Shown here: positions 61,582 through 64,000 of the stretch, one piece after another
Layout: each line of letters opens with the position of its first letter
How positions within the stretch are numbered: the first letter of the stretch is position 1
Source of the DNA: an uncultured virus (IMG/VR IMGVR_UViG_3300010885_077351)
Taxonomy: Duplodnaviria; Heunggongvirae; Uroviricota; Caudoviricetes
DNA: 64,000 nt
Strand: one strand, 5' to 3'
Virus record (IMG/VR): IMGVR_UViG_3300010885_077351
The notes under the pieces: generated by a model
Told to the model about the DNA's origin: nothing
Database searches by the model: none
The model's input: only the letters and a program-made list of their open reading frames with translations
Position numbers and translations under genes: made by a program

Positions 61582-61613
61582 AATATCATTATAGTCAATT
61601 TCCTAACTACAAT

Positions 61614-62018
61614 CTATAGATTTGTGATAGTTAGTAGTGGATCTGTAGTTAAAGGTTTTGTGACGATAATAGGTGTAAATGTTACCTCTACTTTAATTTC
61701 TTGATTACATTTTTCACAAATAAAGTTGTTATCCTGATTAGGGTAGATTATTTCTTCGAATGTATTACTACCGCAAGGACATGGAAATGATACAGTATTA
61801 CTTGAAATAATTTCAAGCCTTTCATTTAAAAGAAGTTCTTTCTTAATTGAATCATTACGCAATGTAATGTCATTATAAAAATAATTACCAATTAATTGTA
61901 TTAAAAAAGAAAATATAAATGCATGTAACCAACCACCAAATAATGGAGCAAGTGCATATCCTAGAATACAACTAATAGTAACTGTAATCACCACACTTTG
62001 CAAAACTTGTTTAATCAT
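61614..62018 (-). CDS. Membrane protein with C-terminal Zn ribbon
   Basis: Two hydrophobic segments; CPC...CEKC; start placed at MIKQ. Confidence 0.65.
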   Translation of the reverse strand: MIKQVLQSVVITVTISCILGYALAPLFGGWLHAFIFSFLIQLIGNYFYNDITLRNDSIKKELLLNERLEIISSNTVSFPCPCGSNTFEEIIYPNQDNNFICEKCNQEIKVEVTFTPIIVTKPLTTDPLLTITNL

Positions 62019-62019
62019 A

Positions 62020-62349
62020 TTATAATTTAAGATCAATAAGAGAATTATTCAACTCGAATAATTCTTCTCTAATCCTAATTATCTGATCTATTTGATTATC
62101 AATACGCTTACCCTTTAAAAGTGGTATTTCCTTTACACCAGTTTCTAAAACTGACGCAATATTATTAAGGGTGTTAACCATTTCTCCTATTTGAGAATAA
62201 ATCTGTGTTAATTCATGAGGTAACTCTGGAGGAGCTTGAGCAGCTGCTTCTTGTTCGTTTTTAAGTAAGTCGTAAGCAGCTGAATAATCATCACCTAGCT
62301 TAGGTGGCTGAGCTCTTGCAACAGAGTATGGATCTCCTACATGTATCAT
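62020..62349 (-). CDS. Late hypothetical protein
   Basis: 109 aa, helical; TATAAATA 6 nt upstream. Confidence 0.65.
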   Translation of the reverse strand: MIHVGDPYSVARAQPPKLGDDYSAAYDLLKNEQEAAAQAPPELPHELTQIYSQIGEMVNTLNNIASVLETGVKEIPLLKGKRIDNQIDQIIRIREELFELNNSLIDLKL

Positions 62350-62382
62350 TAAATATATTTATAACAATCAATAAATAATAGT

Positions 62383-62802
62383 ATGAGTAGCTTTACAAAA
62401 AAATTCTTCACACTCCTCGAACAAGATGGACAAGAACAAATCCCAACCCCAGATCAAGAAGCAATGGCTTCAACATTAGATGCTGAAACAGATCCAGCAT
62501 CTCTTGGAGCTGATATTAATTCCCAAGCTGCAACAGCTGTAGCACAACAGCAACAACAAATGATTGGTACAGTGCAGTCTTGGATTGCTAAGCTTGATGA
62601 GTTTGTTAAGTATCTTAACTCACCAACAGGTGAATCTATTCAGAATACCCTCAAGGATGCTTTACCTGATACAATTCTTGATAAAATTCGTACAACTGAA
62701 ACAAAGAAGATTGCTCGTTCAGCTATGGACCTTGCAGCTCTTTCACAGATTTTCCAAGGTTACCTAGCAACAGCAAGAGATCCGAAGTACAAAGGAGTAT
62801 AA
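62383..62802 (+). CDS. Late protein, possible head-packaged/core protein
   Basis: MSSFTKKFFTLLE; TAAATA 5 nt upstream. Confidence 0.7.
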   Translation: MSSFTKKFFTLLEQDGQEQIPTPDQEAMASTLDAETDPASLGADINSQAATAVAQQQQQMIGTVQSWIAKLDEFVKYLNSPTGESIQNTLKDALPDTILDKIRTTETKKIARSAMDLAALSQIFQGYLATARDPKYKGV

Positions 62803-62816
62803 TTTATAAATTAACG

Positions 62817-62853
62817 AAAAAAGCGAGTAGATTAGTTTCTACTCGCTTTTTTT
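62817..62853. terminator. Bidirectional intrinsic terminator
   Basis: AAAAAAGCGAGTAGA-TTAGTT-TCTACTCGCTTTTTTT between convergent genes. Confidence 0.85.
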
Positions 62854-63872
62854 ATCTCTGCAAGTTTCACCATACCCATTAATCCGGTAAAACTATTTTC
62901 AATAATGAATTCAGGTGTAATTTCATTAAGACTATACTTCATAACAATGTCATTGAAGTCTTTTAATTTTTTACCATATTTTGCAGGCCAAATAAAAACG
63001 GTTTCACTTTTATCAAGTAATTTTTCAGTTTTAACTAATGATGTATTATCAATCCACTGAGAGTCTAGCACCCAAATACGAGTATAAAATTGAAAACGAG
63101 TAAGCTGTTGTTGTTGGGTCTCGGTAAATAGATGTTCTCCTTTCGAAATACCAGCAACAGCTAACCCATTTTTAGTAAACATTGCATTAATTGGACCTTC
63201 AAACAGAAATATATAGTTAAGATCGTCTTTTACATTACTAATGCCATAAAGAGACTTATCGCTCCCCATCTTAGACGTATATTTTGACTTAATATCATTA
63301 CCACTCTGTATGACCGTTCGAGACTGATAGAAAATAATATCTCCATGTTCATTATAAAATGGAATAACCAATCTATTTTTATGTACCTTATCTTTTAATG
63401 AAACATACAAAGCTTTGGGTTTGTTGATAGATTTATGAATTCGTCTTTCCTTGATAAGCTTGAGACATGCTCTAACAACCTCATTATCTTTATGAAAATT
63501 TACTTGAGTTTTATCAAATAGATTGATTGAATCAGTAGGCAATGTTGGTGCAACATATTCTTTCTTTATTACCGCATCTTTGAAATCGTATACCTTTGAA
63601 GTATCGTACTTACTAGCTTCATCTAGAATTTGAGCATATGTAAGCCCTGATATTTTTTCAATCCACTTAAGTGGTAGTGAACTCCAACCACAATTATGAC
63701 AGAATATATTATTATTCTTCGGAATGTAAAAACATCTGCGTTTTGAACCTAAAGATTTACCTTCACGACAAATAGGACACCCGCATTGATAAGTTTTATT
63801 GTATTTGTTGCGTTTAGGCTGATACCCGTACGTATAAAATTTTTCAATGATGTATTCTTCAGGTAATATCAT
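62832..63872 (-). CDS. gp61: DNA primase (T4 gp61-like)
   Basis: Zn finger CPIC...FCHNCG, RLVIPFY...YQSR, LYG, TOPRIM FEGP...WVLD, KDFND. Confidence 0.88.
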   Translation of the reverse strand: MILPEEYIIEKFYTYGYQPKRNKYNKTYQCGCPICREGKSLGSKRRCFYIPKNNNIFCHNCGWSSLPLKWIEKISGLTYAQILDEASKYDTSKVYDFKDAVIKKEYVAPTLPTDSINLFDKTQVNFHKDNEVVRACLKLIKERRIHKSINKPKALYVSLKDKVHKNRLVIPFYNEHGDIIFYQSRTVIQSGNDIKSKYTSKMGSDKSLYGISNVKDDLNYIFLFEGPINAMFTKNGLAVAGISKGEHLFTETQQQQLTRFQFYTRIWVLDSQWIDNTSLVKTEKLLDKSETVFIWPAKYGKKLKDFNDIVMKYSLNEITPEFIIENSFTGLMGMVKLAEIKKASRN

Positions 63873-64000
63873 TTTAATAGTTTCACAATATAACTTTCAT
63901 AGTCGTTACCAAAGCAAAAAATATCGTACCATCTATCTTGCTTCTTCAAAATAGAATCTAATTTAAGTTCTTCACAATACAACTTAAATTGTTTGAAATC
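63869..64000 (-). CDS. 3' end of an upstream gene (possibly a 5'-3' exonuclease)
   Basis: Open frame DFKQFKLYCEELKLDSILKKQDRWY...KLLK* with ATGA overlap to the primase; the function is a guess. Confidence 0.5.
   Translation of the reverse strand, partial: DFKQFKLYCEELKLDSILKKQDRWYDIFCFGNDYESYIVKLLK

Noticed and set aside
63040..63210. Inactive primase (EGPINA and DSQ instead of more acidic motifs)
   Set aside because: The first TOPRIM Glu and Asp remain. With base errors evident elsewhere and no alignment available, nothing can be concluded.

Overview
A 64-kb, AT-rich, densely coding segment of a large T4-like (contractile-tailed) bacteriophage genome. It holds most of a tail/baseplate/packaging module (gp6-, gp25-, gp53-, gp26-, hub-, tape-measure-, tube-, sheath-, gp3-, gp14-like genes, large and probable small terminase). 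It also carries several modular fibre/adhesin genes, a cluster of probable internal head proteins, replication and recombination genes (clamp loader, dUTPase, RadA-like ATPase, PD-(D/E)XK nuclease, primase), lysis genes (amidase, probable holin, overlapping spanins), an NDP-rhamnose pathway, a GT8/sulfotransferase/methyltransferase trio and a superoxide dismutase. No capsid or portal gene, tRNA, CRISPR array or mobile element was seen. The strongest non-coding signal is a T4-late-like TAAATA box 5-6 nt before the start codon at 22 sites, with no Shine-Dalgarno sequence, which implies largely leaderless mRNAs. Many of those late proteins, including the SOD, begin with a short peptide ending in a prohead-protease-like hydrophobic-x-E site. 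Eight ORFs, including the essential tail sheath, are interrupted by small indels or single in-frame stops, most likely sequencing or assembly errors. All function calls come from reading motifs and gene order by eye; no searches were run.
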